Shown piece by piece: positions 1 through 9,962 of a DNA stretch of 64,000 bases. The DNA is from an uncultured virus (IMG/VR IMGVR_UViG_3300046532_001410) (lineage: Duplodnaviria; Heunggongvirae; Uroviricota; Caudoviricetes). The stretch is from the IMG/VR virus record IMGVR_UViG_3300046532_001410. One strand, written 5' to 3'. The notes beneath the pieces were generated by a model that searched no databases, was not told the origin of the DNA, and saw only the letters and a list, made by a program, of their open reading frames with translations. The translations under genes were made by a program, and so were the position numbers. The number at the start of each line of letters is the position of its first letter. Position 1 is the stretch's first letter.

Positions 1-1440
1 GGAGTTATCGTTCCATATCGTGGACTAGATATCTTTAGGATGACTCATCTTAGAAAATTCAAAGAATCTATAACAGGTTACCTTGATAAATCTAATATTT
101 CATATCATTTAATTGTAGTTGAACAAAATGATGATTTGCCATTTAATCGTGGTAAGTTATTGAATATAGGATTTCAACAAGCGTTAAAGAAACGATGTGA
201 TTATGTAGTATTCCACGATGTTGATATGTTACCACTTAGTGTGGATTACTCACCTTCAGAAGTACCCGTTCATTTAGCAACTAATTTTAAAGGTGGAAAC
301 CAAGAAGTATTTGACACTTATTTTGGTGGTGTTACTATATTTCCTATCGATGCATTTAAAAGGATAAATGGATACTCAAATGAATTTTGGGGATGGGGAT
401 TTGAAGATGATGATTTACTTTTACGCCTAACCGAACAAAGACTCGGTACTGATTTTGAAGTGTATCAAACAGAAAAGGAATTTAATTCTGGTTTATACTT
501 ACACGGAGACCAAAGTTACTTACAATGTTTTAATACAATTGATTTGGAAGAAAGTTTTACAATCAGTTGTACTTTTAAACCAGATGATATTGTAATAGAT
601 TATAATAAAACCCACGATGAATATTGTGTGTTTAGTATTCCAGGTTGGGACACCACCATTAGTTATAATTCTTTCAATCGATATAAATTTGAAACGTGGG
701 ATACAGCTAAAGAATGTTATTCCATAACATCAAAACATTCACCACCAAAACTTACAAGAATAACAATTACTTATGATAAGCATAATAGATGGTTGATTAT
801 GTATCAAGATGGTAAAGAAGTTGGTAGAACAAGTCTTAAAAGAAAAATATATAATCCAAGTACACAATTTTTTTATATTGGTACGGGTGTACCCAAACGA
901 GAGGGTGATATAAAAAGTTATCGAGGGTTGATAAAAGATTTTTGTTATTGGAATAAAGCATTGGCTGGGAATGAGATACACGAGATTCATAATAATTTTG
1001 GTATAAATTATTTAGCATCACAAGGACAATATAGTTCTGCAGAAAATTTAAAAATATATTATGATTTTAAAAATATAATACTTGACCATGACTATGATTA
1101 TTCACACGGAAAGATTATTGATTTAGCTAACCCTAAAGAACAGAGGATGTATGCAAAATCTTTTGAGTGTATTCCAAAATCAGAAATGGAATTAGAAAAT
1201 AAAAAAATTATAAAACCATATAGAAGAAAATGTACTTTTCAATTATTAGAACACGAATCCACTGGATTTAAAGGTGGTACATGGGCAAGTGATTCTACAA
1301 GATTAAATCAAATAAAATATTATAATAATATTACAAATAATAAAACTAACTTAGAACTTGATGGATTAACTACTTTACACTTTGAAGAGATAAGTGAAAA
1401 AACAACAAGGAACATTACAGACTTAAAGGTTACATTGTGA
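1..1440 (+). CDS. GT7 (beta-1,4-galactosyltransferase-like) glycosyltransferase with inserted LamG-like domain; 5'-truncated by window
   Basis: Frame is open from base 1 (GVIVPYR...). GT7 motifs FNRGKLLNIG, FHDVDMLP, YFGGV and NGYSNEFWGWGFEDDD. Central beta-rich LamG-like segment (MYQDGK, FYIG, IYYDF). Confidence 0.85.
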   Translation, partial: GVIVPYRGLDIFRMTHLRKFKESITGYLDKSNISYHLIVVEQNDDLPFNRGKLLNIGFQQALKKRCDYVVFHDVDMLPLSVDYSPSEVPVHLATNFKGGNQEVFDTYFGGVTIFPIDAFKRINGYSNEFWGWGFEDDDLLLRLTEQRLGTDFEVYQTEKEFNSGLYLHGDQSYLQCFNTIDLEESFTISCTFKPDDIVIDYNKTHDEYCVFSIPGWDTTISYNSFNRYKFETWDTAKECYSITSKHSPPKLTRITITYDKHNRWLIMYQDGKEVGRTSLKRKIYNPSTQFFYIGTGVPKREGDIKSYRGLIKDFCYWNKALAGNEIHEIHNNFGINYLASQGQYSSAENLKIYYDFKNIILDHDYDYSHGKIIDLANPKEQRMYAKSFECIPKSEMELENKKIIKPYRRKCTFQLLEHESTGFKGGTWASDSTRLNQIKYYNNITNNKTNLELDGLTTLHFEEISEKTTRNITDLKVTL

Positions 1441-2858
1441 AGTTAGGAATTTGTATTCCATATAGAGATACAGGTGATGGGGTAAGGAAAGGACACTTAG
1501 ATACTTTAGTTCCTTATTTAGAAGAGTTTTTTAAAGAACGAAATATTGATTTTAGAATTTACATTGGACATCAAGTAGATAAGAAACAATTTAATAGAAG
1601 TGGGACAAAGAATGTAGCATTCCTTGCTGCTAAAGAAGATGGGTGTGATTATGTAGCATTCCATGATGTTGATATGTTACCCGCAGACGATGTTGATTAT
1701 TCTTATCCAGGAGAAACACCAAAACAAATTGCAACATATCTATCTCAATGGGATTATACATTACGAGATGTAGAATACTTTGGTGGAGTTGTGTTATTCA
1801 CAATAGAACAATTCGAAGCAGTTAATGGATACCATACCAATTATTGGGGTTGGGGTATGGAAGATGATGATTTGTTTTGGAGATGTTATTTAAAGGGATA
1901 TTTTAAACCAGAGTTAGTTCCAGGTCCTGGTCATAAAAAAGTTTTAGAATTTGATGGACATACAACATATATTGAAATACCACCGAGTACTACTTTAAAT
2001 GAAGTACCAACAAAATCCTTTAAGGTAGAGATGTTGGTAAAGGGTGAGGTAAAAACAGATGAGGAAGAATATCTAATTGGTGGAGATAATTCACAATTTA
2101 TAAAGTATCCTATATTATGTAAACAAGGTTGGGATTTTGATATTGCTTATAATAACTCACGAGCATATTCATCATCTTTATGGAGTTGGAAAAATGAACA
2201 TATGTATAGTTGGGTAAAAAGATATTCTGATTTGTGGAGTAAGGTGAATTTGGAAGTTAATGTTAGGAAAGGATATAGAAAGTTATATATTAATGATGTG
2301 GAGTATGGTGAAAAGTTTGGTATTCAACAAACAGAACAACCACTTGTTGATAGATTGAAACGATATCCACCCAAACCATTTTATATTGGTAGGAACGCAC
2401 CAAACTCATGGGGGAGTATGAGAAACTTCTTTAAAGGTGAGTTGGCATACATAAAGATTTATAATCATCAGAGTAAATTAGTTTTACATTATGATTTTGA
2501 TAAATCATACAAGGGAAATAAAGTATTAGATTTAAGTGGGTATGATAATCATGGAAAGTTATTTTTATATGAGGGTAAGGTTAAGAAAGTAGATATATCA
2601 CAATTGATGAATACTCTTGTGCCAGATAGACGATATGGAACAATGGAATGTATGCCTCACGAAGATGAAGGTATAGTTGATAATAAGTTTACTGATATAA
2701 AATCAACTGCAAGAAATGAAATGATATATAGAAAGCATATGCAAAAAGGTGAGATAGATGTTGATAAAGATGAATATGGATTACACCAGATGAAGTGTGA
2801 AATAGTTAATAAAGATGATATTTATAATAGGCATCAAATAGTAAATGTGAGGTTTTAA
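1437..2858 (+). CDS. GT7-like glycosyltransferase with inserted LamG-like domain (paralogue of upstream gene)
   Basis: ICIPYRD, FNRSGTKN, FHDVDMLP, YFGGV, NGYHTNYWGWGMEDDD; LamG-like LEFDG...FYIG...FKGEL...DLSGYDNHG. GTG start overlaps the previous stop. Confidence 0.85.
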   Translation: MKLGICIPYRDTGDGVRKGHLDTLVPYLEEFFKERNIDFRIYIGHQVDKKQFNRSGTKNVAFLAAKEDGCDYVAFHDVDMLPADDVDYSYPGETPKQIATYLSQWDYTLRDVEYFGGVVLFTIEQFEAVNGYHTNYWGWGMEDDDLFWRCYLKGYFKPELVPGPGHKKVLEFDGHTTYIEIPPSTTLNEVPTKSFKVEMLVKGEVKTDEEEYLIGGDNSQFIKYPILCKQGWDFDIAYNNSRAYSSSLWSWKNEHMYSWVKRYSDLWSKVNLEVNVRKGYRKLYINDVEYGEKFGIQQTEQPLVDRLKRYPPKPFYIGRNAPNSWGSMRNFFKGELAYIKIYNHQSKLVLHYDFDKSYKGNKVLDLSGYDNHGKLFLYEGKVKKVDISQLMNTLVPDRRYGTMECMPHEDEGIVDNKFTDIKSTARNEMIYRKHMQKGEIDVDKDEYGLHQMKCEIVNKDDIYNRHQIVNVRF

Positions 2859-4292
2859 ATGGGTGGATATGACGACCAAGTGAGAGAAAATCCAGTCTTT
2901 CAAGAAACAAAAGATAAATTAGATAATGTAGGATGTGGAATGTGTTTAGCAAAATGGACACAAGTAACTCTACAATTACAAACGGGACATAATCATTCCT
3001 GTCACCACCCACGAACACATAAAATTTCAGCAGCAGAGATAAAAAGAAATCCAAGTGCTCTACACAACACTGCATATAAAAAGAAAAGAAGAAGAGAGAT
3101 GTTAACAGGTGGTAGACCTAAAGAATGTGATTATTGTTGGAATGTAGAAGATAATTCAGATAGATTTAGTGATAGAATTTTTAAATCAAATGAAACTTGG
3201 TCTAAACCACACTTCGATGAAATTGTAAAATCAGATTGGAGAGAAGATTTCAATCCGAGATACGTAGAGGTTGCGTTCTCAAATGCTTGTAATTTCAAAT
3301 GTAGTTATTGTGGCCCAGCATATTCATCTACATGGATGAACGAAGTAAAAGAACACGGCGGTTATCCTACGAGTGATGGTTTTAATGACCCCGCAGGTGC
3401 AATTGCAGAAGATAAAGTTCCTATTAATCATAGAGATTATAATCCATATGTAGAAGCATTTTGGAAATGGTGGCCAGAATTATATCGTGATTTACATACT
3501 TTTAGAATTACGGGTGGTGAACCATTGTTGTCAAAAGATACTTGGAAAGTATTGGATTTCATCATTGAAGAAAAGAATCCAAATAAAAATTTACAATTTG
3601 CTGTAAATACTAATTTGGGTGTACCCGATGAATTGATTGACAAGTTTATTGAAAAGATTCAAAGGATTGAGGATGAACATAGAGTAAAAGAATTTATTAT
3701 CTTTACATCAGTTGATACTTGGGGTAAACAAGCAGAGTATATACGTAATGGATTAGAGTTTAATCGTTTTTGGGATAATATGAATAAGATATTAGAAAGT
3801 TGTCCAAGAGTAAATCTAACAATTATGTCAACATACAATGCATTATCAGTTCCTAACTATGATAAGTTACTATATGGTATCTATGATTTAAAAAGAACTT
3901 ATGGTTCTACTGATAGGTATTGGAACTCGGCAGTATTTTTAGATTCAAGTTATTTAAGATATCCTGCTCATCAATCTGTACAAGTTCTACCTAATCAGTT
4001 TGCAAACACCATTTATAGACAAACACAATTAGCTGAATATATGGCAACACCTAATTTTGAAACAAGGTTGATTGGATATTCTGATATTGAAGTTCAAAAA
4101 ATAAAAAGAATACACGATTGGTTATTATCAAGAGATGAAGAAAAAATGTTAGAACAACGAAGAAACTTTTACAGGATGTTTTCAGAACACGATAAAAGAA
4201 GAGGTACAAACTTTGTAGAAACATTTCCTGAGTTAGAAAAGTTTTGGTTTATGTGTAAGGAGATGGCTGAAAAGGGGAGAATAATTAGATGA
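2859..4292 (+). CDS. Radical SAM protein with N-terminal twitch/SPASM-like Cys cluster
   Basis: CNFKCSYC (CxxxCxxC) and ITGGEPLL; N-terminal C...SCHHP...CDYCW. Confidence 0.9.
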   Translation: MGGYDDQVRENPVFQETKDKLDNVGCGMCLAKWTQVTLQLQTGHNHSCHHPRTHKISAAEIKRNPSALHNTAYKKKRRREMLTGGRPKECDYCWNVEDNSDRFSDRIFKSNETWSKPHFDEIVKSDWREDFNPRYVEVAFSNACNFKCSYCGPAYSSTWMNEVKEHGGYPTSDGFNDPAGAIAEDKVPINHRDYNPYVEAFWKWWPELYRDLHTFRITGGEPLLSKDTWKVLDFIIEEKNPNKNLQFAVNTNLGVPDELIDKFIEKIQRIEDEHRVKEFIIFTSVDTWGKQAEYIRNGLEFNRFWDNMNKILESCPRVNLTIMSTYNALSVPNYDKLLYGIYDLKRTYGSTDRYWNSAVFLDSSYLRYPAHQSVQVLPNQFANTIYRQTQLAEYMATPNFETRLIGYSDIEVQKIKRIHDWLLSRDEEKMLEQRRNFYRMFSEHDKRRGTNFVETFPELEKFWFMCKEMAEKGRIIR

Positions 4293-5026
4293 GTGAATTA
4301 AAAATAAGAGAAACTGCTCCATTTTATGTGTTACCTACTCAACGATATGATTTAACCACTAAACCACCAAGTAAATCAATGCAAAAAAACTTTACTTTCT
4401 TTATGAGTTTTAAAGTGGATAAAATAATTAATACAAAAAAACCATGTTCATTGATGATGAGACCTGGTATGCATTATGGGTTATGTTATCAACAAGACCC
4501 AGAAGCAATTAACTTTGAATATTGGTATGAACACGAAGGTGAAAATAAATTTGGGTTTATATCAATTAACCTACACACCGAATATCCAGTACACGATTTA
4601 CATAATATTTGGTTTGTTATAGTTAAACATAATGTAAACGCAAAAACATTTACATTATCAGTATATAATGAAGATGGCAATTTAAGAACCACTACGGGCT
4701 CATATGATGGAGAGTTAGTGGATTATTCACAAACACCATATAACTTTGGGTGTGGGAATTATTTTAAACAAGTTGATGATTCACATTATTTCTTTTCAGA
4801 TTACACAATGTTTAATACTGGTTTGATAGAAACCATACACTATACAGATAAAGATATACAGAAATTTATAAAAGTTAATAGAAAATCTACAGATAAATTA
4901 GTAACATCTACTGAATTAAATAATATGGTATTTTATTTTAATTTTAATGCACAAAACTTATATAAAGTTTGGGATTTATCAGACCATTGTAATTTTTTAA
5001 TGAGAAATATGGATGTATTTAAATGA
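4289..5026 (+). CDS. Hypothetical protein, probable stand-alone LamG/concanavalin-like domain
   Basis: Beta-rich; FTFFMSFK, FNFGCG-like and FYFNF...VWDLS segments resemble the inserts in the two GT7 genes. Confidence 0.5.
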   Translation: MSELKIRETAPFYVLPTQRYDLTTKPPSKSMQKNFTFFMSFKVDKIINTKKPCSLMMRPGMHYGLCYQQDPEAINFEYWYEHEGENKFGFISINLHTEYPVHDLHNIWFVIVKHNVNAKTFTLSVYNEDGNLRTTTGSYDGELVDYSQTPYNFGCGNYFKQVDDSHYFFSDYTMFNTGLIETIHYTDKDIQKFIKVNRKSTDKLVTSTELNNMVFYFNFNAQNLYKVWDLSDHCNFLMRNMDVFK

Positions 5027-5454
5027 TACACATATCTCATAGGGGAAATATATTTGGAAGAGTTAAGGAAAGTGAGAACGACCCAATATATATCCAACAA
5101 GCACTTGATAAAGGTTTTGATGTTGAAGTAGATGTTTGGCATATTGATAATCAATTTTGGTTAGGACATGATAACCCACAATATAAAGTTACAGAGGGAT
5201 TTTTGGAACAACATAATTTGTGGTGTCATGCAAAAAATATTGATGCGTTGTATGTTATGAATACAAATTATCATATCCATTGTTTTTGGCATCAAGAAGA
5301 TGATGTAACATTGACATCGAGGGGATATTTGTGGACATATCCAGGTAAACAATTAACAAGTAATTCTATTGCAGTACTACCAGATGGAAAAGTACCTGAT
5401 AATATTGTAGGAATTTGTTCAGACTTTATTGGGAATTTTAGAGATGATATTTGA
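5023..5454 (+). CDS. Small GDPD/PI-PLC-like phosphodiesterase
   Basis: ISHRGN, END, GFDVEVDVW, LGHD, HAKN and GICSD motifs. Confidence 0.75.
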   Translation: MIHISHRGNIFGRVKESENDPIYIQQALDKGFDVEVDVWHIDNQFWLGHDNPQYKVTEGFLEQHNLWCHAKNIDALYVMNTNYHIHCFWHQEDDVTLTSRGYLWTYPGKQLTSNSIAVLPDGKVPDNIVGICSDFIGNFRDDI

Positions 5455-6214
5455 TAGTAATAAAAAGGGTACTATTATAGTATCTCATTATCGTTCTGGG
5501 GGTACACAATTAATGCAAACTCTTTGGTTGAGTATTGGTGAAAAATACACAACAAATCTAAATGAATATAACCCAAAAGTAGATGGGGATATATGTGAAT
5601 ATTTAGAATCTGCTGAAAAATATAGATTATTATTAATAAATGATTCTGAAGCTATTACAGAACTTAACAACATGGGTACATTCGATAAATTAAAAGAAGA
5701 TTATATCATAGTGGTACTTGAAAGAAAGAATAAAGTTAATTGTTTATTATCAATGGCATTGTGGGAAAGATTTATTGCTACTGGTTATTTTAAAACTGGA
5801 CAAAAATCGTGGACAGATGAGGTTATGTTAGAGTTTCATAAACAATGTAAAAAAGATTTAATGAAACCAAACGACGTTACTGTCAACAGAGAAATCCCAA
5901 AAGGTGAGCATACTCCTGACCAAGTTTTAGAATATACATTAAAAACTTTTGTTGATGAAGTAAACCAACTTCGTGATATAATTGATAAGTATGGGTTTTT
6001 TACATTATATTATGAAGATTTTGAATATGACAATGAGTATTTAGCTAAACTGATTACACCTAAAGGTAGTATCCACTCAAGTAGGGAATCTCGTACAAAA
6101 CTAAGTTGTAAGTCTATGAATAAAAAGATACCATATATATCAAAAGATTATTTAGTGTATTATGTTTCAGAAGTTACTGATGCAGTAAAGAGGTGGAAAA
6201 TAAATGAGTTATAA
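5444..6214 (+). CDS. Putative sulfotransferase-like P-loop protein
   Basis: SHYRSGGTQL resembles the PAPS-binding loop; VLERKN...S and LYYEDF. ATG at 5444 preferred. Confidence 0.55.
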   Translation: MIFDSNKKGTIIVSHYRSGGTQLMQTLWLSIGEKYTTNLNEYNPKVDGDICEYLESAEKYRLLLINDSEAITELNNMGTFDKLKEDYIIVVLERKNKVNCLLSMALWERFIATGYFKTGQKSWTDEVMLEFHKQCKKDLMKPNDVTVNREIPKGEHTPDQVLEYTLKTFVDEVNQLRDIIDKYGFFTLYYEDFEYDNEYLAKLITPKGSIHSSRESRTKLSCKSMNKKIPYISKDYLVYYVSEVTDAVKRWKINEL

Positions 6215-7061
6215 GATAATACTATGTGAAGGTGATAGTTGGACTGCGGGGGATTTACTTGACCCTAAGTTAAAAGCGGATGGAATTACTTATATTAATA
6301 ACTCCAAAAATGATTCGTATAGATTACCTAAAGTTTGGCCACATATGTTAGGTGAGTTATCAAATTTAAAAATTAAAAATACAGCTGTTGCTGGTAGTTC
6401 TAATGATGGCATTGTTAGAAGAACTTTAGGTGAAGTTGTGAACTTATTAGAAGAATACAAACCAGAAGAGATTTTAGTTGTTATTGGATGGACATCACCA
6501 GAAAGAAAAGATTTTTATGGAGGGCCTGGAAATCAATGGGAAACGATGTTACCTGCAGAATTATATCAAACACATATATATCCAGACTTACAAAAATTTT
6601 ATGAATTATACGTAAAACACTTTTGGAGTGTGGATGAGTTTTCAAACAGATATATTGAACAATGTTTTTTGATAAGTAATTTTTTAACAGGGTTTGGTAT
6701 AAAACATTATTTTTTCAATGCTTTCTATGAAAGTTCAATTGAGGGATATACAAGTTTATATGAAAAATATTTTGTAAATAAAATACGAGGAATACCGGAT
6801 AAGCGCACACTTGAATTTTATGAAGAACTTTCAAACATAACGACTGGTACAAAACACGAGGAATTAATCTTTGAGGAATATAAGAAATTATATCATTCAC
6901 ATTTTATAAGAATTTCATTTAAAAATTTTTGTGATATGATTGAAGCTGATAGATTGGTAAAATTTGATGCTAATCATCCAGCTTATAAAATGCATCAAGA
7001 GTGGTCAAAGTACTTACATAAACAATTGTTAACACCAGAAGGGTATTTTGGAAGTGATTAA
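6204..7061 (+). CDS. SGNH/GDSL-like hydrolase or acyltransferase
   Basis: GDSWTAG, GSSNDGIVRR, IGWTSPER and C-terminal NHP. Confidence 0.7.
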   Translation: MSYKIILCEGDSWTAGDLLDPKLKADGITYINNSKNDSYRLPKVWPHMLGELSNLKIKNTAVAGSSNDGIVRRTLGEVVNLLEEYKPEEILVVIGWTSPERKDFYGGPGNQWETMLPAELYQTHIYPDLQKFYELYVKHFWSVDEFSNRYIEQCFLISNFLTGFGIKHYFFNAFYESSIEGYTSLYEKYFVNKIRGIPDKRTLEFYEELSNITTGTKHEELIFEEYKKLYHSHFIRISFKNFCDMIEADRLVKFDANHPAYKMHQEWSKYLHKQLLTPEGYFGSD

Positions 7062-7839
7062 ACTAATTATATGTGATGGGGATAGTTGGACTGCTGGTGA
7101 TATTGTAGACCCAGAACTTTTCGGTGATAATTTATCGGAAGTAGACCATCCAGATAATGACCAATATAGGTTACCAAGAGTCTGGCCTCATAAGTTAGGA
7201 AACTCATTAGGTATTGATGTGTTGAATACAAGTTATTCTGGTTCATCTAACGATTCAATTGTTAGGAGAGTTTTAAGAAATACATTGGAACAATTAGAAA
7301 CTTATAATTCCGAAGAATTATTTGTAATAGTTGGTTGGTCATCACCAGAGAGAAAAGATTTTTTTTATGAAGGTGAATTTAAATGTTTTTATCCTATGGA
7401 GTTTGGTGATTTAAAAGGCAAAACAGATATTGATAAGTTTAAAAAATTATATTTAAAACATTTTTGGGAAGATGGAGAGTACGTAACGAGATATGTACAA
7501 CAAAATTTATTATTACATACCTTTCTTGAAAATCGAGGAATCAAACATTATTTCTTTGATGCATTTTATGAAAAGAAACGGATAGAATCAAACAAGGATG
7601 GTGGTATGTATAGTAATGTAGAGCTAGAGAATGAGATTGATATTACAAATCCAACATTTGAATATTATCTTAAAATCAGACCTCTTTTTACAAAAGATAA
7701 ATCTTTTCGTAGTTTTTTGATGGTTGATGAAGAAAACTTTGATGATGAGTTGTGGGATTGGTATCATCCAAGTGAAAAAGCCCACGAGTTATGGGCAGAG
7801 GAATTATATAAAGATTTAAATGAGAAGTTTGGAATCTAA
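7054..7839 (+). CDS. SGNH/GDSL-like protein (close paralogue of 6204..7061)
   Basis: GDSWTAG, GSSNDSIVRR, VGWSSPER, YHP. Start is GTG 7054 or TTG 7048. Confidence 0.7.
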   Translation: MIKLIICDGDSWTAGDIVDPELFGDNLSEVDHPDNDQYRLPRVWPHKLGNSLGIDVLNTSYSGSSNDSIVRRVLRNTLEQLETYNSEELFVIVGWSSPERKDFFYEGEFKCFYPMEFGDLKGKTDIDKFKKLYLKHFWEDGEYVTRYVQQNLLLHTFLENRGIKHYFFDAFYEKKRIESNKDGGMYSNVELENEIDITNPTFEYYLKIRPLFTKDKSFRSFLMVDEENFDDELWDWYHPSEKAHELWAEELYKDLNEKFGI

Positions 7840-7855
7840 AAAACACAGGTGAGTT

Positions 7856-9223
7856 ATGATTAAATTAATTATATTTGATTTAGATGGTGTATTAGTAGAT
7901 GCACGAGAGTTACATTACAATGCTTTAAATAAAGCACTTGAATCCATTGATAAAAAATATACCATTCCACGCGAGGAACATCTATCAACATACGATGGGT
8001 TATCCACTACTAAAAAATTAAATCTATTATCAGAGAATAAGAAGTTACCTACAGAACTTCACGATAGTGTTTGGAGATTGAAACAAGAAAAGACACGACA
8101 GATAATAGATGGGTTTAGTATTGATGGTAGAATACAAGGTATATTAAGGAGTTTAAAATCTGAGGGATATGTAATTGCTTGTGCTACTAATTCAATTAGA
8201 GAAACTGCAAAATTACAATTAATCAGAAAAGGATTTTTTGAGTATATTGATTTTATGTATTCAAATCAAGATGTAACTAATCCAAAACCAAACTCAGAAA
8301 TATATTTAAGGTGTATGTTAAGAGCACAAGTTAATCCAAATGAAACATTAATCATTGAGGATTCACATATAGGTAGAAAAGGTGCAATGGCGAGTGGTGG
8401 GATATTGTGTGGAGTAAAGGATACACAAGATGTTACTTATGATAGAGTTAAAAAATACATACACGAATCTAATAATGAGATAAACCCAAAATGGCAAGGT
8501 GGTAACATGAATGTATTAATACCAATGGCTGGAGCAGGTTCAAGATTTGAACAAGCAGGATATACTTTTCCAAAACCAATGATTGATGTGAATGGTAAAC
8601 CAATGATACAAGTTGTTGTGGATAGTTTAAACATTGATGCAACATATATTTATGTAGTTCAAAAGAAACATTATGAAAAATATAATTTGAATCACTTTCT
8701 AAGATTGATAACACCAAAGTGCGAAATAGTTCAGATAGATGAACTGACGGATGGTGCAGCGTGTACCACATTATTAGCAAAACAATATATTGATAATGAT
8801 GAACCTTTATTGATTGCTAATTCAGACCAGTATATTGAGTGGGATAGTAATGAGTTTATGTACTCAATGGTTGCAGATGATATAGATGGTGGTATATTAA
8901 CTTTTACTGCATCACATCCTAAGTGGAGTTTTGCAAAATTAAACAAAGAGGGTTTTGTAGAACGAGTTGCAGAAAAAGAACCTATTAGTAATATAGCGAC
9001 TGTGGGTATTTACTTTTATAGTAAGGGTAGTGATTATGTAAAATATACCGAACAGATGATTGAGAAAGATATCAGAACCAATAATGAATTTTATGTTTGC
9101 CCAGTTTTTAATGAAGCCATTAAAGATGGTAAGAAGATAAAAATTTATCATATTGATAAGGAACAAATGTGGGGAATGGGAACACCAGAAGATTTAAAAA
9201 GGTTTATTGATGAAAAAATTTAA
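7856..9223 (+). CDS. HAD phosphatase fused to sugar-nucleotidyltransferase-like domain
   Basis: N-terminal FDLDGVL, KP and IEDS (HAD); C-terminal IPMAGAGSRF...PKPMI, ANSDQ, EFYVCPVFN and GTPEDL. Confidence 0.88.
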   Translation: MIKLIIFDLDGVLVDARELHYNALNKALESIDKKYTIPREEHLSTYDGLSTTKKLNLLSENKKLPTELHDSVWRLKQEKTRQIIDGFSIDGRIQGILRSLKSEGYVIACATNSIRETAKLQLIRKGFFEYIDFMYSNQDVTNPKPNSEIYLRCMLRAQVNPNETLIIEDSHIGRKGAMASGGILCGVKDTQDVTYDRVKKYIHESNNEINPKWQGGNMNVLIPMAGAGSRFEQAGYTFPKPMIDVNGKPMIQVVVDSLNIDATYIYVVQKKHYEKYNLNHFLRLITPKCEIVQIDELTDGAACTTLLAKQYIDNDEPLLIANSDQYIEWDSNEFMYSMVADDIDGGILTFTASHPKWSFAKLNKEGFVERVAEKEPISNIATVGIYFYSKGSDYVKYTEQMIEKDIRTNNEFYVCPVFNEAIKDGKKIKIYHIDKEQMWGMGTPEDLKRFIDEKI

Positions 9224-9962
9224 AAACATATACATAAATGGTTGTAGTTTTACAGCTGGGCATCATTTAAAAGAAAAGGATACTTGGCCTGAATTATTAA
9301 GTAAAAAATTAAATTTACAAAAAATTAATAAAGCAATAAATGGTCAATCTTTTGATTCTATCTTTACAAATACAATTGCTCACCTAAGTAACTTAGATTC
9401 CAATGATACTCTTGTAGTGATTGGAAAAACTTGGTCATCGAGATATTCAATACCATTTCAAAATTTAAATGTAAACATTACACCAGCAGATATATGGTCA
9501 GATTACACTAAAACAAATTTTCAAGATAAAATAGGTATTGACAGATTGGTATCACCATATGATATGAATTTAGATGTGAAGATTCGAAAACAATATTTAG
9601 ATGATAAGGGAGAAAGTACAAATCTTAAAAAAGGTTTAGATGAAGTTTGTATGTCATTTGTTAACTTTTATAAAAATTTAATTAAATATGATGATAATTG
9701 GGAAAAAAATCAAAAACTATATTTTCATTCAAAAATTTTAGCATTAAAATCTTTTTTAGAAGTAAATAAATTTAATTATAGGATTGTAGATTTTGTTGTA
9801 CCGAAAGAAACATCTGAAGTGTTTGATATGGATAAAATTTTTAGTGATGATAACTTTATGTATTTTGGTTCGGAGTGGCACGACAAGTATAATAACGGAC
9901 ACCCAACAGAAGAAGGTTGTATAAATATAAGTGAGGTTTTATATGATAGCTTTAATAGATAG
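9210..9962 (+). CDS. SGNH/GDSL-like protein
   Basis: NGCSFTAG, WPELL, GQSFDSI and C-terminal GHPT. Confidence 0.65.
   Translation: MKKFKNIYINGCSFTAGHHLKEKDTWPELLSKKLNLQKINKAINGQSFDSIFTNTIAHLSNLDSNDTLVVIGKTWSSRYSIPFQNLNVNITPADIWSDYTKTNFQDKIGIDRLVSPYDMNLDVKIRKQYLDDKGESTNLKKGLDEVCMSFVNFYKNLIKYDDNWEKNQKLYFHSKILALKSFLEVNKFNYRIVDFVVPKETSEVFDMDKIFSDDNFMYFGSEWHDKYNNGHPTEEGCINISEVLYDSFNR

Noticed and set aside
7856..7890. MIKL start of the HAD/nucleotidyltransferase gene resembling the cargo leader
   Set aside because: It continues IIFDLDG, the normal first strand of a HAD domain, with no Glu-ending leader.
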